From IMG/VR virus record IMGVR_UViG_3300025821_000011: DNA of 64,000 nt, one strand, 5' to 3'. Positions 15,662 to 25,100 of this stretch are shown piece by piece. The notes under the pieces were generated by a model. The model ran no database searches. It had not been told where the DNA came from and worked only from the letters and a program-made list of their open reading frames with translations. A program made the translations under genes and the position numbers. Source of the stretch: an uncultured virus (IMG/VR IMGVR_UViG_3300025821_000011) (Duplodnaviria; Heunggongvirae; Uroviricota; Caudoviricetes; Crassvirales). Every line of letters begins with the position of its first letter. Positions within the stretch are counted from its first letter, which is position 1.

Positions 15662-16426
15662 ATGTATTATATATACCACATTCCGGGTAAAAAAATTGGT
15701 GTTACACGTAATCTTAAGAATAGAGTTACCCTTATGCAAGGATATAAGGAGGGTGAGTACGAAGTTCTTGAACAGTCAACAGATATAGATTATATATCAG
15801 GCCGTGAAATAGAACTTCAAAAGTCTTATAGATATAAAGTTGACAGACAATCTTATAAAAATTTAATCAATAAAAATAATAAAATGAAATTAAATTCAAC
15901 AGAGCAAACAACAACATTTCCAATGCCAGTTAATAAATTAAAAGGCAATTTAATGGATAACATAGGCCTTAAATGGGTGACTGATCACGGTACATTTGGC
16001 TTAGACGATCAAACTATTAATTGGATATGTAAAAACGCTAAAGTATCTATGTTCAATGTAAATAGATGTTATATTTATAATAAAGCTTACGCTTCAGAGT
16101 TTTTAGAAAGCAAAGTAGAAGTTCCTTCTAACACCGTGTATGATGACATAAGAGCTTGGGCTAAAGCAAAAGGTATATACAAGTCTGGTGATTCTAGAAC
16201 TCAATATATAAAGTTAATGGAAGAAGCAGGTGAGCTAGCTCAAGCTTTATTAAAAAATGATGAGACAGAAGTTATTGATGCTATTGGTGATATGGTCGTT
16301 GTTTTGACTAACTTAGCAAAACTAAGAGGTCATAACATTGAAGACTGTATAACGTCTGCTTACAGTGTTATTAAAGATCGTCAAGGTAAAATGATTAATG
16401 GAACATTCGTAAAACAAACTTTATAA
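15662..16426 (+). CDS. MazG-like NTP pyrophosphohydrolase with N-terminal extension
   Basis: KLMEEAGEL...DAIGDMVVVL; N-terminal YYIY..KIGVT. Confidence 0.75.
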   Translation: MYYIYHIPGKKIGVTRNLKNRVTLMQGYKEGEYEVLEQSTDIDYISGREIELQKSYRYKVDRQSYKNLINKNNKMKLNSTEQTTTFPMPVNKLKGNLMDNIGLKWVTDHGTFGLDDQTINWICKNAKVSMFNVNRCYIYNKAYASEFLESKVEVPSNTVYDDIRAWAKAKGIYKSGDSRTQYIKLMEEAGELAQALLKNDETEVIDAIGDMVVVLTNLAKLRGHNIEDCITSAYSVIKDRQGKMINGTFVKQTL

Positions 16427-16689
16427 TGAATAAAAAACAAATAGAATTTAGAGACCCAGTTGTTGAAAGAGTTGTAGATAAATTTGTATCAAGATCTGAT
16501 GTTGGCTTTGCCAAATATGGTGTAACATTACAAGATGATCCATCAAAAATGTTTGAATGGCTTAATCATTTACAAGAAGAACTTATGGATGCTGTATTGT
16601 ATTTACAAAAAGCTAAAGAAGTTTATACTACAGATCTTCAAGAAGATTTATTAAGTGACTTAGATGTTGACTATGAGGAAGCCATTTAA
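16426..16689 (+). CDS. conserved phage protein (all-alpha, possibly NTP-PPase-like)
   Basis: RSDVGFAKYG..WLNHLQEELMDAVLY. Confidence 0.65.
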   Translation: MNKKQIEFRDPVVERVVDKFVSRSDVGFAKYGVTLQDDPSKMFEWLNHLQEELMDAVLYLQKAKEVYTTDLQEDLLSDLDVDYEEAI

Positions 16690-17131
16690 AAGAAAGAGCG
16701 GCAAGCGCGGTCCGGTAAGAGCAAAGAAAGTATCATATGATGGTATTGACTTTGCTTCAGGTCTGGAAAAATATATGTATATTGCTTTACAGAAAGCAAA
16801 GATAAAAACAAAATACGAAGGTGAAACTTTTGTTTTGTTAAACGGATTTCATTTTGAAAATGAAGTATATGAGAGGCAAGCTAATAGCAAGGGTGATTAT
16901 AAAAATAGAGGTTGTAAAAGAATACTACCTATAAAATATACTCCTGATTTTATTGGCGAAGACTTTATAATAGAAACTAAAGGTAGAGCTAACGAATCAT
17001 TTCCAATGAGATGGAAGATGTTTAAGTTATTAGTATCTAATCAGTTTCCAGGACACACACTTTACAAACCACAAAACCAAAAGGAATGCGACGAAACGGT
17101 ACGAATAATCCTAGAGAAGCAAAGATCATAG
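16673..17131 (+). CDS. endonuclease I / Holliday-junction resolvase-like nuclease
   Basis: FASGLE, YTPDF..IIETKG motifs. Confidence 0.8.
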   Translation: MRKPFKRKSGKRGPVRAKKVSYDGIDFASGLEKYMYIALQKAKIKTKYEGETFVLLNGFHFENEVYERQANSKGDYKNRGCKRILPIKYTPDFIGEDFIIETKGRANESFPMRWKMFKLLVSNQFPGHTLYKPQNQKECDETVRIILEKQRS

Positions 17132-17256
17132 CCAAGCAAAAGTATGCCGAGCGACAGATTGATAAATGGGTTAAATGGAGTTGGGAAGTTAAAGGTAGGA
17201 TTAGATATAAAGATTTAGTTAAATTACAAACAAAATACGGAATTACAAGCACATGA
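17086..17256 (+). CDS. small hypothetical protein, not in ORF track
   Basis: 56-aa ORF filling the operon gap. Confidence 0.5.
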   Translation: MRRNGTNNPREAKIIAKQKYAERQIDKWVKWSWEVKGRIRYKDLVKLQTKYGITST

Positions 17257-17405
17257 AAGACGACGAAAACAAATCAGCATGGTCAATTGAAATAGGGTTT
17301 TACCCAGGGTTTTTAATAGGCATAAGAAGTTATGAAATGGAAGATTCAAGAATACACGTTTTATACTTACCTCTTATAGACATAGCATTAACTATTTATA
17401 ATTAA
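17253..17405 (+). CDS. small hypothetical protein, not in ORF track
   Basis: MKDDENKSAWSIEIGFYPGFLIGIRSY...; ATGA overlap. Confidence 0.6.
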   Translation: MKDDENKSAWSIEIGFYPGFLIGIRSYEMEDSRIHVLYLPLIDIALTIYN

Positions 17406-17410
17406 AAAAT

Positions 17411-17782
17411 ATGGATTACACTATAACTAACAGTAGCAATACCAACTGCACAAACAGTAACATCGAGTATCACCCAATGTACAACGGTACTAATGGGAGC
17501 GTGGGCTTAGGTACATCATCTCCAAACGAAAAATTACATATTAATAACACAATAATTTCACAACCAATGAACAATCAGAATCAAATTAAAGTAGCAATTT
17601 TTAGAATAGAAAAAGTAGAAGATCAGATAATATCATCAGAAATGATACACGAAGGGTGGTTAGATAGAACAAATAAAGAAGGTTACATGAGTATCGACTT
17701 ACAAGCAGCAAAAGAGTTTAATATATCTTATGATGATTTAGATAAAATTGTTGTTAAAGAAATTCTAGGAGTTAAGTTTTAA
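17411..17782 (+). CDS. hypothetical protein with one tail-fibre-like repeat
   Basis: GSVGLGTSSPNEKLHI. Confidence 0.7.
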   Translation: MDYTITNSSNTNCTNSNIEYHPMYNGTNGSVGLGTSSPNEKLHINNTIISQPMNNQNQIKVAIFRIEKVEDQIISSEMIHEGWLDRTNKEGYMSIDLQAAKEFNISYDDLDKIVVKEILGVKF

Positions 17783-17949
17783 TGGATGAAGATCTTAAAA
17801 ACGTGGTAGCGTCTGTAGGTTTATTTATTGACAACATATTATATGATATGAGAAATGTATCTAAGTCTACAACAAAGCCCGTTATATTGGCTCATATAGA
17901 AGCCTGGAAGAATGAATTAGAAACAATTAAAAGCTTTACACAAACATAA
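17782..17949 (+). CDS. small hypothetical protein, not in ORF track
   Basis: 55 aa, TAATG-coupled on both sides. Confidence 0.6.
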   Translation: MDEDLKNVVASVGLFIDNILYDMRNVSKSTTKPVILAHIEAWKNELETIKSFTQT

Positions 17950-18917
17950 TGGGATTATTTGATAAAAGAATAGCATACAAGCCTTTTGAGTATCCAGAAT
18001 ACTACACGGAAGGTTGGTTAAAACAAGCTCAAGCATTTTGGTTACACACTGAAATCTCAATGCAAGGCGATTTAAAAGATTGGAATGAAAGACTTACAAA
18101 AAAAGAAAAGCACCTCGTTGGAAACATTTTACTTGGGTTCGCTCAGACAGAGTGCGCCGTGTCCGACTATTGGACTCAGAAAGTTGTTGGATGGTTTCCG
18201 AAACACGAGATCCAACAAATGGCAATGATGTTTGGTTCACAAGAAACTATACATGCAGTTGCTTACAGTTATTTAAATGAAACATTAGGATTAGAAGATT
18301 ATGAAGCATTTTTACACGAGCCGGCCACGTCCGACAGATTTGATAATCTGGTTGCTTATGACGGTAATAACCTTACTGGTATTGCGAGGAGTTTGGCTGT
18401 ATTTTCAGCCTTTGCTGAGGGAGTTAGCTTGTATTCTGCTTTTGCTGTTTTATATTCTTTTCAATTACGCAATCTCCTTAAGGGGGTAGGCCAACAAATG
18501 AAGTGGTCAGTAAGAGATGAATCATTGCACAGTAAAATGGGATGTCAATTATTCCGTCATATGTGCGAAGAAGATGATCAGTTACTACACTTATGTCGAG
18601 AAGATATAATAAAAGCTGCAGAAGCAATGGTTTCTTTAGAAACAAAGTATATAGACAAGATGTTTGAGATGGGTGACATTGAAGGCATATCGTCTAATGA
18701 TTTAAAACATTTTATAAAAAAGAGAACAAATGAAAAACTTGTGGAACTTGGTTACGTTGACCTGGGGTCGTATTTTGCGTATGACACTAAAGCAGCAGCT
18801 AATCTTGATTGGTTCTATCATCTTACCGGGGGCGTCACTCATACTGATTTTTTCGCAATTAGGCCAACAGATTATAGCAAAGCTGGTGAGGGTGAGGACT
18901 ATGAGGACATTTGGTAG
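17949..18917 (+). CDS. nrdB: ribonucleotide reductase class I beta subunit
   Basis: ETIHAVAY, EGVSLYSAF, RDESLH, TDFF. Confidence 0.93.
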   Translation: MGLFDKRIAYKPFEYPEYYTEGWLKQAQAFWLHTEISMQGDLKDWNERLTKKEKHLVGNILLGFAQTECAVSDYWTQKVVGWFPKHEIQQMAMMFGSQETIHAVAYSYLNETLGLEDYEAFLHEPATSDRFDNLVAYDGNNLTGIARSLAVFSAFAEGVSLYSAFAVLYSFQLRNLLKGVGQQMKWSVRDESLHSKMGCQLFRHMCEEDDQLLHLCREDIIKAAEAMVSLETKYIDKMFEMGDIEGISSNDLKHFIKKRTNEKLVELGYVDLGSYFAYDTKAAANLDWFYHLTGGVTHTDFFAIRPTDYSKAGEGEDYEDIW

Positions 18918-18955
18918 AATAAATATAACACAACAAGAAATAGATAAACAATTAT

Positions 18956-19168
18956 ATGAAAGAACAGACGCTACTTGAAATGAAGAACAAGATTGAGACA
19001 TTAGGAATGATCAATCAAAAAGTAATAGGAGAATTAAATCAGCTAACTACAATAGCTTTAGGAACCTTAGAAGCAATTAAACATATGCCAGGTTATGATG
19101 AAGCAATTGAAAAACTTAAGGAAAAAGCTGGTGAAGAAAAAGTTGAAGATAAAAAACTAGAATTATAA
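18956..19168 (+). CDS. hypothetical protein
   Basis: 70-aa ORF between nrdB and nrdA. Confidence 0.7.
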   Translation: MKEQTLLEMKNKIETLGMINQKVIGELNQLTTIALGTLEAIKHMPGYDEAIEKLKEKAGEEKVEDKKLEL

Positions 19169-19169
19169 T

Positions 19170-20888
19170 ATGTGGAACAATGATTGGATTAAAGGCGAGG
19201 ACTATCCTGCGTGGGGTGATACGAACGTATACAAGAAGACAATATCCGGGGGATACTTATATAACGGAGAAACACCTAGAGAAGCATACCATAGGGTCTC
19301 TAAAACGGTTGCTCGTAGATTATATAAACCAGAGATGGCTGAAACTTTTTTTAATTATATTTGGAATGGTTGGCTGTGCCTTGCTAGTCCGGTACTCTCA
19401 AACACGGGGACTGACAGGGGCTTACCTATTAGTTGCTTTGGTATCGATGTTGCTGATTCGATTCAGGATATCGGACAGAAAAATCTAGAGATGATGCTAC
19501 TCGCTAAGCAAGGTGGTGGTGTTGGTATTGGTATTAATCAAATAAGACCTGCGGGCGCTAAAATTACAGGTAATGGAACATCAGACGGAGTCGTACCTTT
19601 CTGCAAAATATATGACTCAACAATTCTTGCAACTAATCAAGGGAGTGTCCGTAGAGGAGCTGCCTCAGTTAATATCAACATCGAACACGCGGACTTTGAG
19701 GAGTGGCTTGAGATCAGGGAACCTAAAGGAGATGTTAACAGACAATCGCTTAACTTACATCAGTGCGCAATTGTTGGCGATAAGTTTATGCGTAAGCTTG
19801 AACAAGGGGATGCTGAAGCAAGGGGTAAATGGAGTAAATTGCTTAGAAAGCGAAAAGCAACTGGAGAACCGTATATTATGTTTAAAGGAAATGTTAATAA
19901 AGCAAATCCAGAAGCATATAAGCACAACGGATTAAAAGTTCATATGACTAATATATGTTCAGAAATAACGTTACACACCGATGAAAACCACAGTTTTGTA
20001 TGTTGTTTATCATCATTAAATTTATCAAAATATGAAGAATGGAAAGATACTAATCTTATATATGACTCAATATACTTTCTTGATGGGGTTATGGAGGAAT
20101 TTATTCAACGCGCCAAAGGGCTTCGAGGTTTCGAAAATAGTGTTAGATCAGCAAATAAAGGGCGTGCTTTGGGCTTGGGGGTCCTTGGATGGCACACATA
20201 TCTCCAAGAAAGAGGAATACCTTTTGAAGGTTTACTATCTCAGTTTGAAACTAGGAAAATATTTTCACAAATTAAGATTGAAAGTGAAAGAGCTTCTAGG
20301 GATCTTGCTGAAATTTATGGCGAGCCTCTGTGGTGTGTTGGTACTGGTATGCGCAATACTCACCTTCGCGCTGTTGCTCCCACTGTTAGCAATAGTAAGC
20401 TTAGTGGTAATGTTTCGCCAGGAATAGAACCATGGGCTGCTAATGTATTTGCAGAGCAAGGAGCTAATGGAACTTTCATTAGAAAGAATCCTACATTAGT
20501 TAAACTATTAAGAAAACATAAATTAAATAATGAAAAGATATGGAGTAAAATACTGGCTGATGGAGGTTCGGTCCAAGATATCAGTGAGCTTGATAATATT
20601 ACTATGGGCCATGACATACCTGCTAAGGAAGTGTTTAAAACGTTTAAGGAAATTAATCAACTAGAATTAGTTAATCAAGCAGGGTTAAGACAACAGTATA
20701 TAGATCAGTCTGTTAGTTTAAACTTAGCGTTTCCTTCTGAGGCAACACCTAAGTGGTTGAACAAAGTTCATTTTAATGCATGGAAGCAAGGTATTAAAAC
20801 TTTATATTATACTAGAACTGAATCTGTTTTACGAGGTGATATAGCTGCAAGCGCTATGAATGAAGATTGCCAAGCATGTGATGGCTAA
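19170..20888 (+). CDS. nrdA: ribonucleotide reductase class I alpha subunit
   Basis: PISCF, GGGVG, RRGA, TNICSEI, APTVSNS, KTLYY, C-terminal CQAC. Confidence 0.95.
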   Translation: MWNNDWIKGEDYPAWGDTNVYKKTISGGYLYNGETPREAYHRVSKTVARRLYKPEMAETFFNYIWNGWLCLASPVLSNTGTDRGLPISCFGIDVADSIQDIGQKNLEMMLLAKQGGGVGIGINQIRPAGAKITGNGTSDGVVPFCKIYDSTILATNQGSVRRGAASVNINIEHADFEEWLEIREPKGDVNRQSLNLHQCAIVGDKFMRKLEQGDAEARGKWSKLLRKRKATGEPYIMFKGNVNKANPEAYKHNGLKVHMTNICSEITLHTDENHSFVCCLSSLNLSKYEEWKDTNLIYDSIYFLDGVMEEFIQRAKGLRGFENSVRSANKGRALGLGVLGWHTYLQERGIPFEGLLSQFETRKIFSQIKIESERASRDLAEIYGEPLWCVGTGMRNTHLRAVAPTVSNSKLSGNVSPGIEPWAANVFAEQGANGTFIRKNPTLVKLLRKHKLNNEKIWSKILADGGSVQDISELDNITMGHDIPAKEVFKTFKEINQLELVNQAGLRQQYIDQSVSLNLAFPSEATPKWLNKVHFNAWKQGIKTLYYTRTESVLRGDIAASAMNEDCQACDG

Positions 20889-21004
20889 GGAGCTTTGTAT
20901 TATATTGGTCCCATTACTAAATAACATATAGTTAAATAGTAATATACTATTAATATCACACGTATATTTATACTTTTACCTGTTTTCGAGAGATAATTTG
21001 ATGG

Positions 21005-21034
21005 GTAAATAATAATTTATATGTGTGATAATTA
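21005..21034 (+). promoter_or_regulatory. putative middle/late promoter
   Basis: gtaa-N16-gtgataatta. Confidence 0.45.
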
Positions 21035-21038
21035 TATT

Positions 21039-21629
21039 ATGGATATATACTTTTACAGAACAAACAATAAACTTAATGGTAAATTTTACTATGGAACACA
21101 TCAACAAAACGGTAGGCCTTATTTAGGATCAGGCACAATACTAAACAGAGCTATAGATAGATACGGCGTTGACAGTTTTGAGTTTGTTATACTTAAAAGA
21201 TTTAATACTAGGCAAGAAGCGTATGATTTTGAAGATAGGTTCCTAAAACTATATAATATATCATCATTACCTAATTCTTATAACATAAAAAACGAAGGTT
21301 GTGGTGGGGATACTTTTACTAACAACCCACGTAAAGAAGAAACGCGGATAAAGCACCGTATCAACATGACTAAAAGAATGTCAGATCCAGCAGCGAGAGC
21401 TAAAATAAATGCGTTTAGAGACGTTTCAGATGCTAGGTTGACTTATCTTAAAGAAACTTGGTCAAAAGCCTCTACGGGTCGTCTAAATGGGCGCGCTAAG
21501 AAAGTATATGTTAAAGATAAACTTTACCACACTATAGATGAAGCTGCTTTAGGAGAAGCTTTAACAAGACAACAAGTAAAATATCGATTAAAAATGGATC
21601 ACTATCCAGATTTTAAATTTAGCGTGTGA
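21039..21629 (+). CDS. GIY-YIG (Seg-like) free-standing homing endonuclease
   Basis: IYFYRTNNKLNGKFYYG, YLGSG, YNIKNEGCGG; start at 21021 or 21039. Confidence 0.8.
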   Translation: MDIYFYRTNNKLNGKFYYGTHQQNGRPYLGSGTILNRAIDRYGVDSFEFVILKRFNTRQEAYDFEDRFLKLYNISSLPNSYNIKNEGCGGDTFTNNPRKEETRIKHRINMTKRMSDPAARAKINAFRDVSDARLTYLKETWSKASTGRLNGRAKKVYVKDKLYHTIDEAALGEALTRQQVKYRLKMDHYPDFKFSV

Positions 21630-21660
21630 CGGATAACAAGCATATGCTATACATAATATT

Positions 21661-21693
21661 AAAAAGGGGCCTCAATATGAGACCCCTTTTTTT
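21661..21693. terminator. bidirectional terminator between the converging genome halves
   Basis: aaaaagggg-cctca..tgaga-cccc-ttttttt. Confidence 0.75.
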
Positions 21694-21746
21694 ATAGGAA
21701 TTGCAGGTATGGTACGCCTGATAATCTTTACTCCTATTTTTTATTT

Positions 21747-22106
21747 TTAATAAGTCCATAATACTTTTGGAGCTTTGTCTTTATCGATATCTACATGTAT
21801 AAACGACTTGCCTATACCTATCCTTGTAAACCCAACTTCTCTTAATATACCTTCTAATAAAAATCTATCAGTTGAATTTGTGCACTTTATATCTACAGCT
21901 AATCCTTTTAAATGAGATGAGGTGGGTTTACCACCAACCTCGGCATTGTGTTCAATTGTTCTATAGCCAGAATTTATAGCCATAGATTTACCATACTTTT
22001 TTCTAGCAACATCTAGCATACTTATTAGTTCATTACTAACTAGCTTTCCGCTGCCTAAAGAATCTGGAGAATCAAATTCTCCGTAAGTAAAATATTTAAA
22101 CTTCAT
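21747..22106 (-). CDS. peptidase M15A endolysin
   Basis: INSGYR..HN..VGG..SSHLKGLAVDI..FIHVD. Confidence 0.88.
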   Translation of the reverse strand: MKFKYFTYGEFDSPDSLGSGKLVSNELISMLDVARKKYGKSMAINSGYRTIEHNAEVGGKPTSSHLKGLAVDIKCTNSTDRFLLEGILREVGFTRIGIGKSFIHVDIDKDKAPKVLWTY

Positions 22107-25100
22107 TATTTAAATTTAGGTGTTTTAAATTTAGGTGTTTTAAAAGCGTTTTTCTTCTTCTTTTTTGATGATTTCTTTTTATCTTTAGGAATATTTAAAT
22201 CGTATTTAGACCATCCTAATAATAAACCTAGCCTTTGTATTTCATCAAGCTCCATGGTAGTTGCATCAACTATATTATTGATTTTTCGCATAGCCCTATC
22301 TAAAGGAATATTAGTTAAAGCGGAAGTTACTTGAGCACCAGCCATTAAAGCTGGATTGTCTATAGAAAAACCTTTGTCTATTACTTCTTGTCTACTTCCT
22401 GGATATGTAAATTTACGACCAGCACTTTTTATTTGTTGATATTTATATCTTATTGGAGGAGAGAATCCTAATGCAGCATCGGCTACCCTGTCATAATCCT
22501 GAACAGTTTTACCTTGTTGTTTGTATATTTCAAGACCCATATCTTTTAGAGAATTTACGATATTACCACTAACACCACTTCCTCTAAGTAAAGATGAAGC
22601 CATACCATTAACTACATCTATGTACTTATTTTGTGTTTTTGCTTCTGCTTTTCTTTTAGCAGCAGTAGATGTGGTATCATCGTCGTCATCTCCCATAAGA
22701 TCCATAAATAAAGCTTTTTGTAAGCCATTAAACAATACATTTTGTAAAAATGAATAGTAAACTATTTTAGATATATTTGTTTTTTGATCTCCTCTACCCG
22801 CTTTAAGATCCATTGCAGATTTTTTAATTATTCTAGCGTACTGACTAGGCGTATTTGCAAATGATAATACAGTTCTTCCTAAAATTCCCGATTGTTGTTG
22901 GCTAATTTTATCAGGTCTACTTGATTGCTGTGATTCTTCTGCGGTTTCTTTGAAATCTAAAAAAGCTTTTTCTTTTGCTTCTTTTTCTGTATAAACTTTT
23001 TCGCCTTCAGCATTTGTTTCTTTTAAATAAGTTTTATATCTATTTCTAAAAAATGTAGATCCTCCTGAAGCAATAGCAAAACTATCTGCTAATTGCGTTG
23101 GTGTAAAACCTACTTTTAATATTTTAGCAATAACTCCATTAATACCGCCTGCTTTAGCTATATCAGCTATTTCTGATTCTGTTACATTAAATTCAAGACC
23201 TCCTCTTCTATTTTTTAGATATTCAGAATTAAATAACATTTTAAAGTCACTCCAATATTGAGGTTGATTTGCAAAGGCGGCACCAGCTTTAAATATGTTG
23301 TTATCAGACATGTTTACAAAGTTACTTGCAGATATTAATTGCAATACTGCAGATCTTTGATTTAAAAACATAATAGCTCCCGTTGAATTATTAACCCAGT
23401 CAGTAACTCTACCTCCTAAATAATCACCAGATATGTTTCTGTTTCTACCGGTTTTCATTCGATGTAACATGTTTTCCATTGCCTTGCGATAGCTTTTACC
23501 GTATACGCCTTCTAGTTTATTTAAGTTTTCTTTAGAAAAAATTTGATCTACATTAGCTTGCCATTGTTCTAAATGCTGAGCTCTTTTTGTAGTATTAATG
23601 CCTTGCAGTAAATCTGTAGAAACATTACCAGATACCCAGTTATTACTAGGCTCTGGATAAGGTGTACCTTTATTTATTAATCTAATTTTATTCGCAAACT
23701 CAATCAATTCTGGATTTTTAACAAATTCTTTAATAACAGCATCAACCTCAGCTTTGTCTATACTTGGTATTTCATTACCTTGCTTAGACCATATATACAT
23801 TCTTAAAGCATCTTCACCTGTATATTCTAAACCAGGCAATTTATCTTTCATTTTTTTAGTCAATGGCGATGTTCCTTTCCAGTCTTTACCAGCAATAGCT
23901 TCTGTAATTTCTTTTTTAATTTGCTTAAAATCTCTCATTAAAGCATTACGCTCATTTGTAACAGCGGCATCTCCTCTAGCAAATGGATCAAGTAAATTCT
24001 TTTTATACCAAGCTAATTGCGCATTACCTTCTTTTCCTTTACCTAATGTTTTATATAACAATCCAACGAAATCTTCTGCAGATGGTGGTATGAATAGATC
24101 AAGTCTACCTTTATTTTTACCTGCTTTTACACCTCGACTTTCGCTAAAAACATCTTCAGCTTTAACACCAGTTTTATTTTCTATTATTTTATTGAATGTT
24201 TTACTTAAATCTCCGGAATTTAAATCTTTTGATGCAAAAGCTTTTGCACTTACATCAATTTTATCCATTTCAGCTAAAGCTTGATCATTTGTTTTAATGT
24301 TTTTAATATCTGCCCCTGCTTCTTTTAATAATTTTAAATTTGTTTTATTTGGAGGAGTTGATTCTTTTATAGATTTTTTAACTAAATAATTTCCCAGCAA
24401 ACTTTTAGAGGGGGCGTGATAAAATTTATTTAGTTTTTTTACAATTTGTTTTGAAGTCATAACCAACGCATCTGCCCCTACAAGTTTTAAATATGATTGC
24501 ATTTGAGGTGAAAACACACTGCCTAAAGCTTTGTCAGCTTCTACTCTAGATGTATTGTCCACAAGAGCACTTTCATATCCTGTGTTCAATTTTTTTAATC
24601 CAGGTTCAAGATCAACTAAACCTTCTTTTAATAAGTTGATTGCATCGGTTTTATATTTTACCGATTCTTTTAGATGCTCATTAGAAAATTTACCTTTTGT
24701 TGTTAATTCAAAAATTGTAAAAGGTGATGCAAGTCTAAACCCAAATTGTCTATTATGAGTAAACATTAAAGATAATTTTTCTATAGCCTTTATTCTTTCC
24801 GCAGGTTTTCCCTCATATTTAGAGTTTAAACTTTTATTCATGCTTTTTATAATAGCATTGTGATAAGCAGTATTTAGCTCATTAGAAAATCTAAAATTTT
24901 CTTCGTATATTTTATCTATTTCTTTTTCTTTTGCTTTATCTGTTAAGCTTTCATTTGAAGTTATATTTCTAACTTTTCCAACACCTGTATTATTTGAACC
25001 CTGGGATATTTCTGCAAAAAACTTTTGTTGACTTTTTTCTACTAAATCAAAAACAGGTTTCCATATAGAAGCATCAGCCTTGCTACCTAAAGTGCTTTCA

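Noticed and set aside
20889..21636. Group I intron in nrdA
   Set aside because: nrdA is complete with its own stop before the insert, and I could not identify P/Q/R/S core elements.
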